Positions 27,802 through 39,510 of a stretch of DNA of 64,000 nucleotides are shown here, piece by piece (position 1 is the stretch's first letter; the number at the start of each line of letters is the position of its first letter). The translations under genes and the position numbers were made by a program. Source of the DNA: Camelus ferus (Eukaryota); the NCBI RefSeq assembly GCF_009834535.1, contig NC_045698.1:3288001-3352000 (forward strand), read 5' to 3'. A model generated the notes under the pieces. It made no database searches. It worked only from the letters and a program-made list of their open reading frames with translations, and was not told the DNA's origin.

Positions 27802-29030
27802 AAAGATACTAAGGCAATGTTATGAGCAATTTTACGTCAGAAAAATTGACAGCTTACATGAAATGGGTAAACCCCCTGAAAGACAGAAACTATTAAAATG
27901 CAGCCAAGAAGGAGATAACCTAAATCAGCCTCGTGTCTATGCAAGGAACTGAATTTACAGTCAAAACCTCCCCTCCGAGAACTATCAGGAAAAGATGGCT
28001 TCACTGGTGGATCCTGCCAACATGGAAGGAAGAAATAACTATAATTCTACATGAACTCAACTAGAAAACTGAAAAGGAGGCAGCACTTACCAGCTCATTT
28101 TATGAGGCCCCCGTTTGAAAAAGTCAAAGATATTACACAGAAAGAAATCTATAGACTTCAGGAACATGAAAGAGGGAAAACCCTAAAACAAAAATGTTAG
28201 CAAACCAAATTCAACAATATATAAAATGCATCATGGCCAAGTGAATTGCAAGTGCAAATAACCAGACCAGACCACGACCAGAAATGCAAAGTGGAATGAG
28301 CATTCAAAAATCCAGCCATGTCACTTGTCACGTTAACAAACACAAAGTGAAGATGCACACGGACATCAGAGTTAAAGCGGGAAAGGCATTTCATGGAACT
28401 CAGCATCCACTCTTCACAAAGCTTTCAGCAAACCAGGGGCAGAAGGAACCGGAAAAGGGGCATCTGTGAGACAGCTACAGTCGAGGTAACATTGGCCTTG
28501 AAAGGACAAAGCTTTCCTATCAAGATCAGAGACAAGATGTGGATGCTGATTGAAATAAACAATGACTTTGAAAAAGAACGTGTCTCTTTCTTGAAAAGTT
28601 AAGGCTGCACCTACCTTATGGTTGAGCCATTCCGCTTGTAGGCATTGCCCTAAGAGTAAAAAAAGATACATACACACACATCTGTTCAAACCCCTGGACG
28701 CAGATGATCATGGCTGTCTATTTGTAACAGCCAAAAAGTGGAAACAACCCAACTGTCTATCACCCATTAATGGGTGAACAGGCAGCTGCACCTCCGTACA
28801 CATGATGCTCCCCAGCAGTGAGAAGGAATGAAGCACTGATCCAAACAACAGCCTTGCTGGATCTCAAAGTCATTACACCGAGTGAGAGAAGCTATCCAGA
28901 TAAGAGCACACGACATGTTTTCCATTTATGTAAAATCGCAGGGAAACCAAGCTAACCTTCAGGAACAGAAAGCGGACTGGTGGTGTCCTGGGGTCGGAGG
29001 TGGCTGTGACAGACAGGGGTGGGAAATCCG
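27802..29030 (+). mobile_element. Ancient L1M ORF2 continuation and 3' end, part 2
   Basis: Resumes the ORF2 text interrupted near 27050 (gttatgagcaattttacg...tggcttcactggtgg...ctcattttatgaggcc); 3' region ccaaaaagtggaaacaacccaactgtctatca. Confidence 0.78.
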
Positions 29031-30092
29031 TAGATGTTAGCTTTTCCCGCCAGCAGCTCAACTTCAAAAGAGAAGAGAAAGTGTCCCCTTCAGGTGGAGA
29101 AGTGCAAATAAGAGGGCATTGCATTTGCACGTGTAAAATCCCAGACTATCCGTGAAGGTATCCTGGAAGCCACGGTGTCCCTTTAAATTCTCAAGTTTTG
29201 GAAATGGCACCCACTGCAACTGACGAGGAATTGCAGAGCAAGGGGGAACTTACTAGTCGTGTCTTTAGACAGGAAAGTCTCAGGAGCTCCAAGGACGGGA
29301 CTTAAGAATGAAGGACTTAAAAATGAACACATGATTTGAAATCTATGACAGGACGGTGGGCTTGAGACACGACCACTGGATTCTGGGTCCGTCAGCCAAC
29401 ACACACAGCCTGAAAGAGAGGGCACTCGGGTCCCTCCAACTTTTTAAGAGCAATGACAGGTATGAAATTGTCAGCCAGTGGGGACATAAACCTGCCAGTT
29501 AGGGTCAAGCATGTTCCCTTTAACTTTAAAAAACTGCAGTTTGAGAGGTCAGAGAGGCTGAGAAAGCAAGAGCCCCCTTCCCGAGGTTGCTCAGGGCACA
29601 GAACACACCACTGCCATCGTTATGCATGTCACAGTGAAACAGTGACCCAGGTTCCTCAGAAACAGGACTGACGGGCTGCAAAAGCAGCACTGGAGTCAGA
29701 GCAGCATGTGCGGATGCTCTGAACACAGCAAAACCTCAAGGCCCCTGAACCAGCTAGATCAGGGTCTAAACTGCTGTCCAGCGGGGTCTGGGGAGCACGC
29801 CCTGCAGAGCTCAGCCTCCCTCTGAGGTGTCCAGGAGGGTATGAAGAAAGCTGGAAACAGGGTACCAACATGCACTGACCCTGTCATCCATGGTTTGTTC
29901 CGATAAAGCGATGCCAGGGTCTCCAAGAAACCTCCAAGTTGTTAGGTAAGCGAACGCATCAGTCATCAGAATGCTTAGCTTAGCTCTGACAATAATGGCT
30001 GACTTCCTTTGCATTTTTTTCTATAAAACAGTAAGAATTATTGAAGCAAGAGTGGCTCTCAGTGCTTTTAAGTGAACAAGAGGATGATTTCT

Positions 30093-30214
30093 GTTTGTTT
30101 ATTTTTTGGGGGGAGTAGAGTAATTAGGTTTATTTATTTATTTACTTTTTTTTAATGGAGGTACTGGGGAATGAACCCAGGACCTCCTGCACACTGAGCA
30201 TGCACTCTGCAGTG
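30093..30214 (-). mobile_element. Camelid tRNA-derived SINE (Vic-1-like), 5'-truncated
   Basis: ttttgggggg..gtaattaggtttatttattt...aatggaggtactggggaatgaacccaggacctc...gcatgcactct, with a Pol III B-box-like GGTTCATTCC on the minus strand. Confidence 0.88.
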
Positions 30215-30314
30215 TTGACTCTCAGGACACGTGACTCTAAGTGCATGACTATGTGTCCATCGGCCCCCAGCAAAGCAGGGACTCCCTCCTATACCAACAG
30301 ACCCAGAACACTGG

Positions 30315-30445
30315 CATTTATTCATTTTTTTCAGACTTTTTCATCAGCGTCTACTGCAGACCACACACTGGGACACTCTCTGAACAGGACTGATGGGGGA
30401 GGCCCCTGCTCGCACAGAGCTCCCATTCCTGTGGGGAGAGGGAAT
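30315..30445 (-). mobile_element. L2 relic
   Basis: catttattcatt...agcgtctactgcagacc...cccctgctcgcacagagctcccattcctgtggggagag. Confidence 0.6.
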
Positions 30446-31354
30446 CCGCAGAAACAGACACAGGAACACAGCAATACTGCAAGTGTGGAGTGGCAGCGCG
30501 GTTGTGCAGTGGATTCTTAAAGGGCTTGCTTGGGGGGAGTGGCTATAGGTAGCGCTCTCCTGTGGAGCATGCAGGAGGGCCCCAGGGAGCTGAGATGTAA
30601 ATGATGCTCTGGGACCAGCCCTAGAGGCAGGGGCAGCTGGCAGAGCCTTCCAGCCTGGGGCGGGCAGGAAAAAGACCCTCGACACAGAAGCAGAGATCTG
30701 TGCGCTGTTCCGGGAGGTGGGGCTGCATCTCTCATTAGACGTGGGGGCCACAGCAGGGGCTGAACATCACTGTAAAAGGCAAAGAGAGCCTTTCGGAGCC
30801 TTTGAGGCTGCAGAGTGACAGGCGGGGTACAGGGATTGAAAGGGTCCCTATGGCTGGGTTCAGAGGGAACCATCCCTCACCTGTGGGCCGGAGCATCCTG
30901 CCCATGTGGAGAGGAAAGGGGAACACGGACAAGTGAAGGGTCCCAGAATCTGCTGGTCTTCCCCAGCCCTGCACACTCAGGGCTCCACCCACAGTCCACC
31001 CGGAGCTAAGCCACTAAAATGCCCTCATCTCTGCCGCCTTCCACTGCGGCTTCGTTAGCTGTGCTTGGAGCGGACCCCTGGGCACGGGTGCAGGTGCAGA
31101 GGAGACGGTCCTCCTGATGAGCTCTGGAGGCTCCTGACAATGTGACGATCTGGCAGAGGTGACTGAGAAGCTCCTGCTAGTCATGTAGGACTTTCAGACT
31201 CCGAGAGAATACGTTATCAAGGAAGCTGGGGGAAGAAAAGGGTTCGGGAAGGGATTAAACATTGCTGAAAGGAGGAGAAAGGTCATGACTGAAGGCTGTC
31301 GCATCTGGTAGGCGGGTGCCCTGTGAGGGGCAGCAGATGGGAATCATTCTTACC

Positions 31355-31480
31355 ATCTGTTCAGTTACCCTCCAATATTCTTTAATGCCCAGCATCCATC
31401 AGCTGGGGGGCAAAACAATGCAGGGCGATACAGGACCTCACAGGCAAATTCCTGCTCACGTGAGGCTTACCGTCTAATAA
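31355..31480 (-). mobile_element. L2 relic
   Basis: caatattctttaatgccc...caaattcctgctcacgtgaggcttaccgtcta. Confidence 0.45.
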
Positions 31481-31619
31481 ATACATCAGGAATAAATAGG
31501 TAAAATGCGACTTGGTGTCATTGTCCGGGGTTAAAGTCAAGTGAGGAAGGAGCGTGGAGGGGGCGGGGCGTGCCTGTGAAGATGGTGACTGTTCTGTATG
31601 GAGATCAGTCACCTAGTCG

Positions 31620-31985
31620 GTGCACTGGGCAGGATTCTGAGGACCCCAGTGATTTGCACCCTTGTTAACCCCCCTGCTTGAGGCCGTGTGGAATCCGTGA
31701 CTTGACTCCGGCAATAGCATGTGGCCAAGGTGACCGGCTGTCACTCCATGATTCTACTTCATTACACGAGAAGCCCTCTTAGCAGACGGAAGTGAGGGTC
31801 TCTCACCAGCCAAGAAGGGGGAGACCAGGCCCTGAAGACCTAGGAGGACTGTGTCCAGCAGACTGTGGGGGCTTCTGGATGCTCAAAGAAGCTCCCGGTC
31901 AACTTCAGCAGGACAGCGGGGCCCTCAGACGTGCAGCTGCGAGGAACTGAATTCTGCCAACGACCATCTGAGCTGCAGAGGGGCT
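31620..31985 (+). mobile_element. MaLR LTR (MLT1E-like), truncated
   Basis: ggcaggattctgagg...gtgacttgactccggcaatagcatgtggccaaggtgaccggctgtcactccatgatt...ggaactgaattctgccaacgacc. Confidence 0.8.
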
Positions 31986-32018
31986 GGCGAGGCCAGACCT
32001 CCATAAAGACTGCCTAGG

Positions 32019-32573
32019 CATTACCGAATTAAGTTGCATGGGCCCCGCTCAGTCCCCGCTGGCCGGGGTCTCTGCCTCAGCCGGGGAGGGATCTTTTCGC
32101 TTCGGGTTCAGGTCTGAGCAGGGGAACAACGAAGCCGAAGCTGAGATCAACACAGCACAAGCTTTACTCAGTGGCCACGGGATGGAGAAGTGGGAACTAA
32201 GTTCCCAGACCAACTTCTCGCCCACCTGGTGAGAGGGGTTTAATTTTGAAGAGTGAAGACGAAGAGGGGAGGAGCGAGGCTAGTGAGGGGAGGCGTGTGC
32301 ACGAGTCTGCGGGGAGGGGCAGGGCTTGAGGGAATGCGTTATCATCCCCTTTTTGTCCCTTTTTGGTCCTTGGTGTCCGGCCCGGCCACCAGCAGCTGTG
32401 CCATTCAGTGCACTAATGTGGTAAAATCGGCGTCTGATGAGGCTCAGGGTCTGGTGGAGGGCAGGTTTGCCGCCATCTTGGTCCCGCTGGTTCCATCTGG
32501 ATGTTTTTGCTTATAGCTTCCTTTCTTATCTCTGGGCCCTTTAACGTAAAGGTTTATGTTCACTCCTGCTACA
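32019..32573 (-). mobile_element. ERV1 (MER4-group-like) solo LTR
   Basis: Begins ttaccgaa..., contains gctttact (minus-strand polyA signal variant) and gcaggtttgccgccatcttggtccc, ends cctgctaca (TGTAGCAGG on minus). Confidence 0.7.
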
Positions 32574-35500
32574 GGCGGGCTTGGAGGGTTTGACCCAACA
32601 CCTAGAGCAGCTCTGGCCACAGAGGGTGTCGACAGGGGCGGGTGTGCCCCTTCGCTCGACACCCACCTGAGAGCACAAGACACGGAATTTAAAGGCGGTG
32701 AGAAAGAGGGGCTTGCTTGGAGAAAGATGTTGGGGTGATGGATGTTTCCCCACACGCTCTGCACCGACCTGCCCCGAGTCCCTCGAGCCAGTAGGAGGCC
32801 AAGTTGGGTTCAGAAGCGGAGGAGAGCTTTCTTCTTCCACCAGAGAAGGAAGAGACGTGAGCTCAGGCCCCAGAGCACGGCCTCTGCCCCAGGCGGTGGG
32901 TGGGGCCCTTTATGGGGACCCCCGCGGGGAGGGGCGGGGCTCTCCTGGGTGGGCACAGCCCCGTTGCTCCTGCTCCAGCCCCCAGGGCTGGGCACAACCT
33001 CTCTGCACACGGCCCACCGCCGCCATCCTGGCTTGAGTGTGGTGTGCACCCCTCTGCACACGGTCCTCCAAGCAGAGGTGTCAGCACCGCCATTTCACAC
33101 CAGAAATTAGGGTCCAAAGTGCTGAATGCGAAGCCCCTGCCCACGCCGTCCTTGAGCCGGTGGAGCTGGACTAAGCACAACGGAAAAGGAAAAGGTTAGA
33201 CTTCGCCACGCAGAGTCCCTTCGTCTTCCCCAGGAACTGCTGCCGGGCTTTGCTGGTGACAGCAGGAGAGAGAAAGTCATTCGTGAGTCACAGTAAGCAA
33301 AGCTGGAAATGAAAAAGCACCTTGAAAGAGTAAAATGTTGTGGGAACTGAGAAGATGGGGTTCCGCCTGCAGGAGGGGGGCCCCAGCGGGCTTGGCAGAG
33401 GAGACGGGAGCCTGGGGTGGGTTCACAGGGCCGTAGAAAGGGCTCTTAGCCCCAGGGCATCTCTGAAATAGGGATGGAGGAGAGAAAAGCTGCCTGGGTG
33501 GGAGAATGAACATTGCTCAGCAGATAGGGTCCATTGTGGGCTGGTGGGAGCCGACCCTGAATGGCAGAGGGAGGCCCAGGCTCACGGCCTTGACCTCCAG
33601 GCCATGCAGTCAGTGCAGAAGCCTGCAAGATCACTGTGTAGAAGTGCAGTGCGGCGAGGGCGAGGGCCATGTCTCGCAGCATCAGGTTGGGTGTTTGCAG
33701 AGCGGGAGGCAGAAGGTGCGGGAGGGTGGAGAGCTGAGTGCTGCCCTCAGCGTTCTGCGTCCCCGGGGGCTGAGACGTCCAGGTGGAAACGGAGGAAATG
33801 GCAGCTCCAAAGAGAAGTCACAAGCCTGCGTCAGCCCCACGGGACCGATAATTGAAACCATCCACTCCTTAACTCACGCCTGAGCAGGGATATGATGTCA
33901 GCCTCATCACTCTGGGCACCGCAGATAAAAGTTTCCAGGCCCTTCTGGAAAAAGCGGGAGAAGGGAGCTCAGGGGCTTAGGGACCCATGTGTGGGCTAAT
34001 GGGATGTGGCAGCTGGGCTCCTCCGGGTCAAGTGAGAGCACTTGGATTCAAGGAATAGGATATCTTGACCGTGATTGCCTGGCAGTGGCCACATGTGTGC
34101 TGAGCATTTTATCTGAAGTTCTAATGGAAATTATCAAAAGATCCGTGTCTTTTGGGGCCACAGCAATTCCATCTGCCGTGATGAGTAGAATGTGGCTAAG
34201 ACACCCTTACTTGTAACCGTGTTCCCTGAGTTGCATGTTGTCACTAATATCCTTTTCCGGTTCACTGTGCTTAGGCAGTGGTGAGACTGTCATCAGAACT
34301 CAGGGACTCGGGTAACAATCAGGCTGCCTTCGAGGGGATGCTGGAAACTGCGTTCTGTTTATTGAGATGGGGTTGCCGTCATACAGCATTGCAAACTGTG
34401 ACAACTCAAGCAAAGAAATCAACTGAGATCCACTTGTGTCTGTTAAATTTCATCTGTATTTTTAAGCCAGCTAGCAATGGAGGAACATGCATGGTGGCCG
34501 CCACCACAGCACTTCCTGGCCTTGATCTGTTGTCCCCCACAATCGAGGAAAGATACAGGGAGTGAAGTAAGCTCAGTGCTAAAGACACATGATGATGTCC
34601 TCAGGCAGGAAGCTTGTGCTAATTCAGACTGCAGGGAGACACACTGCCCTCCACAAAGTGAGAAATCTTTGGGAGCCAGTCTGGCATCATTTATAGTCGA
34701 ATGCTATGGATATGCCCATGAGTACACAGAGACAAACAAAACCATACGGCTTTACGATCTGTAGTTAAGTATGTTTAGCATTAGCATCCTTCTTGAGATT
34801 CAGTACAATAGAAAAGAAGAGATGGCAGGTTCTTAAATATTTCTGGGCACTAATTTCCAAAGCTGTGAGGAACGGCCATTGCATTTGTATCTTTCTGAAG
34901 TCTTGGCTTGGATCAAAGACTCATACTATTCAAGCCACTGTGCCAGCTGCTTTTAAGCACACCTGGCCCACCAGCAGCCTTGTGGATAGGGTGCAGCTCT
35001 CGGCAGCACCACAGCTGCTTGCCACCCCTTTTAAGGGAGCCCCGGTGGTGAATTCCAGCCTGGGCAGGGAGCTAAGAGTAGAGTGGACCCACAGGACAGC
35101 CCCAGAGAGGAAGACTCCAGGGATGTGGCACCTGCTGCTGTGTGCTGGTGGCTGATGCCCAGGTGACAACAGAAACTTGGAACACAAAGGAACAAGCAGA
35201 GCTTAGCTGCGAGCTGGAAACATCCTCACAGGGACCCTTACCCTGGGCAAGGCTGCTGGTGCCCTGCCTTGCTCCCCTCCCTCGGTGACGTCACGCAGCT
35301 GGTGTTGAGGTGTCAGTTTTACAGGTCGGCAGGGATTCAACACGCCGTAACATCCCCCTTAAGTAAGCAGGGCAGGAGACTGGGCTTCTCATCTGCCCCG
35401 CGGGACTGCTTCATGCGGGAACCACTCAGTGCCGTGGGCAGTGATGCTGTTTGAGCTCCCATTTCTGACGCCACAGGCTGTTTGCTGTGGTGCGACCAGG

Positions 35501-36202
35501 AGTAACTCTTTCCAGCAGAGTTTTACGAATCCTGCTGCATAAGACCTCCAGTTACACTTGGAGCTAGGCCACTGGGGATACAGAAAGACTTCAGCAATGG
35601 CTTTGCCCGTGGCAGCAGCCCAGAAGACCAATGGCCAATGCTGTCATTGCAAATATTTCCAACCATTAACCTTAAGTGCTGAAATCAGCTGCAATCACGG
35701 ATATGACACATGATCTATCTGTGAGCTTCTCGGGCTGTTTGTTTTCATGGAAAGCTCCATGTTTCCCTCATGCTGGTATGCGAGCTCGCGTACAACGTTA
35801 GGGGACTGCCTGAGACGTGGAGGCTCCAGACCGACCCTGTGCTGCTCAGAGGCACACACGGGGAAGACCAGGCAGTGCTAGGTACTCAGAGGGGCCCCAG
35901 GGGAGGCGTGTCTTGATGCAGCGGAGAGGTCTCCTGAGAGTCTCTGGTACCCCTCCCTGTCCCTCGGTGCCGTGTTCCCTGCTGGACCCGGAGGAAAGGC
36001 AGAGGCTTCCCTACCAGCTCAGTCTTTCCAGCTTCATTAATGGACAAGTAGGAAACTCAGAATTCCAGACTCTCAGAGGCCAAGAGGAGATGATGCATTT
36101 CTACTTATGGGAGGCATGAAAGAATGTTCTGGAAGCCACGCCCCCCAAGGCTGCAGGTTTCCCACCTTGTGTTTTTCTCGCCCCTCCTTCCTCTCTCTGG
36201 GG

Positions 36203-36414
36203 CTGGTTTTGCGACCTCAGTACTACTAATGCTTTGAGCTGAGTAGCTGACTTGGGGGGAGAGGTGGGGTGGGTCCCAGGGCACAGGCAGCACTCCTGCC
36301 CCGCCCCCCAGGAGCTGCCAGAAGCACCGTCACCAACTGTGGAAGTCAAAAATGTCCCCAGACATTGCCAGATGTCCCCTAGCGGACAAAACGGTCCCCA
36401 GATGAGAACCACTG
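36203..36414 (-). mobile_element. MER20 hAT-Charlie MITE, full length
   Basis: aaaaatgtccccagacattgccagatgtcccct...gagaaccactg. Both TIRs present. 8-bp TSD ctctgggg (36195-36202) / ctctagag (36415-36422). Confidence 0.92.
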
Positions 36415-36464
36415 CTCTAGAGCAACAATATAAAGAAAAACAGGTCGATGATGACCATCATGAC

Positions 36465-36640
36465 TCGCTAGGTATTCTCCAGCGCTTCAGATACGTTATT
36501 TTTTTAGTCATTAAAACAACTCACGCCCGTTGGTGCCATTACTGTTCCTACTTAGCACGCGAGGAAGCTGAGACAGAGGGGAGTCGTCTCTCTTAGGCAA
36601 ACCGGTGGTGGAGCGCGGACTTGGCGTCAAGTCCGACAGA
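36465..36640 (-). mobile_element. MIR SINE relic
   Basis: ccattactgttcctacttagcacgcgaggaagctgagacagagggg...gtggtggagcgcggacttg. Confidence 0.65.
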
Positions 36641-37490
36641 GACGGCGCCGCGCTGGAACGTGCTACACCCCCAGTGCGCATCGATGTCCCACGTGGAGCT
36701 GGGGACGCGGCGGGCACGTCCCCGGTGTCGGAAAACAGAAGATCTTAAAGAGTGGAGTCTTCTAGGAAATGAGTCTGTGTGCGATATTTAAAACTTCACC
36801 TGGAGCTAATTTACTTTGTAAGCAAGGCCCGTTGCCCTGAGGCAGCAGCCCGGCCACCCGCGCGCTGCGCACAGCCGCGGGGCTCCTCCTGCTCTGTTGG
36901 CAAACTGCTCGTGGGCATCCTCCTGGGGCCTCCCGCTCTCAGTCCCAGGTGCCCGGCAGCTCACAGCCTTTTCCTCACGGATTCTCTGTGTCTCTTTGGG
37001 GCCCCGGGACTGTGGGACTCCACACCCCTGTTTCCTGTGCGGATCTGAGGATAAAATCCCCGAGTGACGTTCACACGTGGCCGGGGCCTCGCGGGACGCA
37101 CGCCGCGCGCCGCGGGGAGAACAGCCCCGCGCTGAAGGCCGTTCTTTCCGAGCAGGGATGGGCGTGCTGCTGAGCGGGCGGCGCACTCTGGCAGGCGCAT
37201 CCGGGACGCGCTGACTGCCGTCAAGGGCCAGCCCGGCAGTGAAAGGACACCAGGCACGAGGGTGCGACCTCTCCGACCGGGCCCGAGTCGTTCCCGGAGT
37301 GAGGCGCTTGATTTCAGCTCCGACCATGGAAACGTGCTCTGATCTCACTCAGCCTGTGTGTTGGGAACAAGCGATGCCCACCTCCAAGCCCAAGCTTTCC
37401 AACACAGCTGCGACCGTGACCAGGAAGGGCGTTCACACACACACGCGGAGCGCGGAGGAGACCACTCCCCGGGCGGGGATGGCTGCAGGG
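36600..37490. promoter_or_regulatory. CpG-island-like region
   Basis: Visibly dense CpG (e.g. cctcgcgggacgcacgccgcgcgccgcgggg) compared with depleted flanks; CpG o/e not computed. Confidence 0.6.
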
Positions 37491-37514
37491 CAGAAAGCAG
37501 GTCTGTGTGCTTGT

Positions 37515-37795
37515 CTACACATGTGTGTGATGACTTGTGCGTATAGACACACGCATGCATGTCTGTGCTGTGCCCATGGTATAAACACGCAAACACCACT
37601 ATATATGTGTACACACCACTATGTAGTGATGTTATACATACACACACACCATATCTGTGCTGTGTACATGGTGTGTATACACACCACTGTATAATGTATA
37701 TGAACTATTACAGAATGTATGCTACATATACACACATGTGTGCAGTATACATTACATAGTGGTGTGTATATGTTACATACTAGTTTGCATATGTG
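37515..37795. repeat. (CA/TG/TA) low-complexity array
   Basis: Alternating purine-pyrimidine runs with a recurring tacacaccact..ta unit. Confidence 0.85.
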
Positions 37796-38014
37796 TCCGT
37801 GTCATCGTGGAGACTTCCAAATATACACAACAGCAGGCAACTAGTGCAATGAACTTCAGCACCCATCACACCACGCCAGCCCCTGTGGCAGCACGGCCTG
37901 CCTCCCGTCACCCGCCCATTCCTGTATTGATGTGAAGCAGCCATTTCAGAGTGCATTCCTGAAAGATGGATTCTTTTTTAAAACATAACCAGTATATAAT
38001 CACATCTAAAATAG

Positions 38015-38205
38015 ACACAAATACGCGCACACACACACACACACACATAGACGCGCACACATAATCTGATACACATGATGCACACGGATATGCTGTAATA
38101 GCCCATAGAACACCAGAAGGTTTACTGTGTGCACTGTGACACAGTGCATGCTGAGCCTGCACACACATGTGCGTGTTACATGTACGCACACATGGGCACA
38201 CGCAT
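38015..38205. repeat. (CA)n-rich low complexity
   Basis: gcgcacacacacacacacacacatagacgcgcacac. Confidence 0.85.
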
Positions 38206-38432
38206 GGCAGTGCCACTGATGCCGTGGGTGAGGAGCAACGGGAACTCTCCTCATGTATATGCACAAACACAGACGCGTCTGACAGGGTGTGAACCGGTCA
38301 TCGCTCTAGCAGTCCTCGGCCAGTGTCGGACACACACCCTGCCTGATGCAGCAAACCCCCCAGGGCGCTCACCAGGAGTGCACGTGCGTGCACAACCAAA
38401 GTGTGTGCGGAAATGTCACAGCAGCAGTACTC

Positions 38433-38593
38433 TTTTATTATTACTATTATTTTGTTACTTTATTACATTTCTGCGTGTTTGTTTTGTCATGGGGGTAGGT
38501 AATTAGGTTTATTCTTTTAGTGGAGGTGCTGGGGATGGAACCCAGACCTATGCCTGCTAAGCACGTGCTCTGTCCCTGAGCTGTTCCCTCCCC
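38433..38593 (-). mobile_element. Camelid tRNA-derived SINE (Vic-1-like), full length
   Basis: ggtaattaggtttatt...ggaggtgctggggatggaaccca...gctaagcacgtgctctgtccctgagctgttccctcccc. TSD cacagcagc(agtactc) at 38417-38432 / cacagcagc(gttattc) at 38595-38610. Confidence 0.9.
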
Positions 38594-38619
38594 GCACAGC
38601 AGCGTTATTCCTGATCATT

Positions 38620-38810
38620 TCAAACTATAATAATGCAAGTGTCAACCAAAAGTAAACTAGATCAATTGTTGTATATTCATAGAATAAAATGCTTAGCGTA
38701 ATGAAAATAAACACACTAGTGAGTCCCGTAACAACCCAGATGGATTTCACACCTAAAATGGGAATGAAAGAAGCCAGAGGAGAAAATGTGCAGGCCACAC
38801 TGTGCAGGGA
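38620..38810 (+). mobile_element. L1ME-like 3' relic
   Basis: aattgttgtatattcatagaataaaatgc...caacccagatggatttcaca...gaatgaaagaagccaga. Confidence 0.65.
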
Positions 38811-39351
38811 GCCCAGGAAGAGCCCAGACTGGGTGCCGCAGAGCCGGTGAGTGAGAGAGGCTCCCAGCGCACGGTGTGCGTGGTGAGACTCCCTCCTGAT
38901 GTGGCTGGTGGTTACAGGTGGAACCACAGCCTGTACACTTGCCATCCAAGTACAGTGCCCCTTAGTAACAACAGCTTAACTATTATTTTCATGTTGATGC
39001 ACAGAGGATAAACAACCATTAAACTGATACTGTCATATCTAGCTGGGATTGCTCAGGCCACCCAATTTCAGCATTTAGTTCAGACTACTAGCATGTTTAA
39101 GTAAATAAAAAGGGCTTTTTAGAATCTCTGCTAAAATAGCATTCGCATGGTTGTTCCTAAAACGTAAATTGCTGTAAAAATGTTAGCTCCTACCGTCATA
39201 TTAATTTAAGGTTTCCCCGAAGGATTTATATGAATTCTGTTGTCCTGCTTTCTTAGAAAGGAACTAATACCTCAATTTAGAAGAGATTGAAATTATGTGT
39301 GTTTTGTGAAGTTTTAAGGAGCCCCTCGGGTTGCATGCTCTCCTCTTTGCG

Positions 39352-39510
39352 AAAGAGCACTGTGGTCCTTGGCTTAAATCTGTGCACGTCTAGAGTGTCC
39401 CCATCTTCCCATCCGGAGCCATGACATCGGTCCAATGGGTTTGTTCTGAGAATTAAATGAGATACATCAGGGGAAACTCTTGGAATTCTGCCTGGTGCAG
39501 CAGAGGCACA
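39352..39510 (+). mobile_element. MIR SINE relic
   Basis: gggtttgttctgagaattaaatgagatac...tgcctggtgcagcag. Confidence 0.7.

Noticed and set aside
38520..38593. tRNA-like A/B boxes
   Set aside because: Part of a SINE with tail and TSD, not a tRNA gene.
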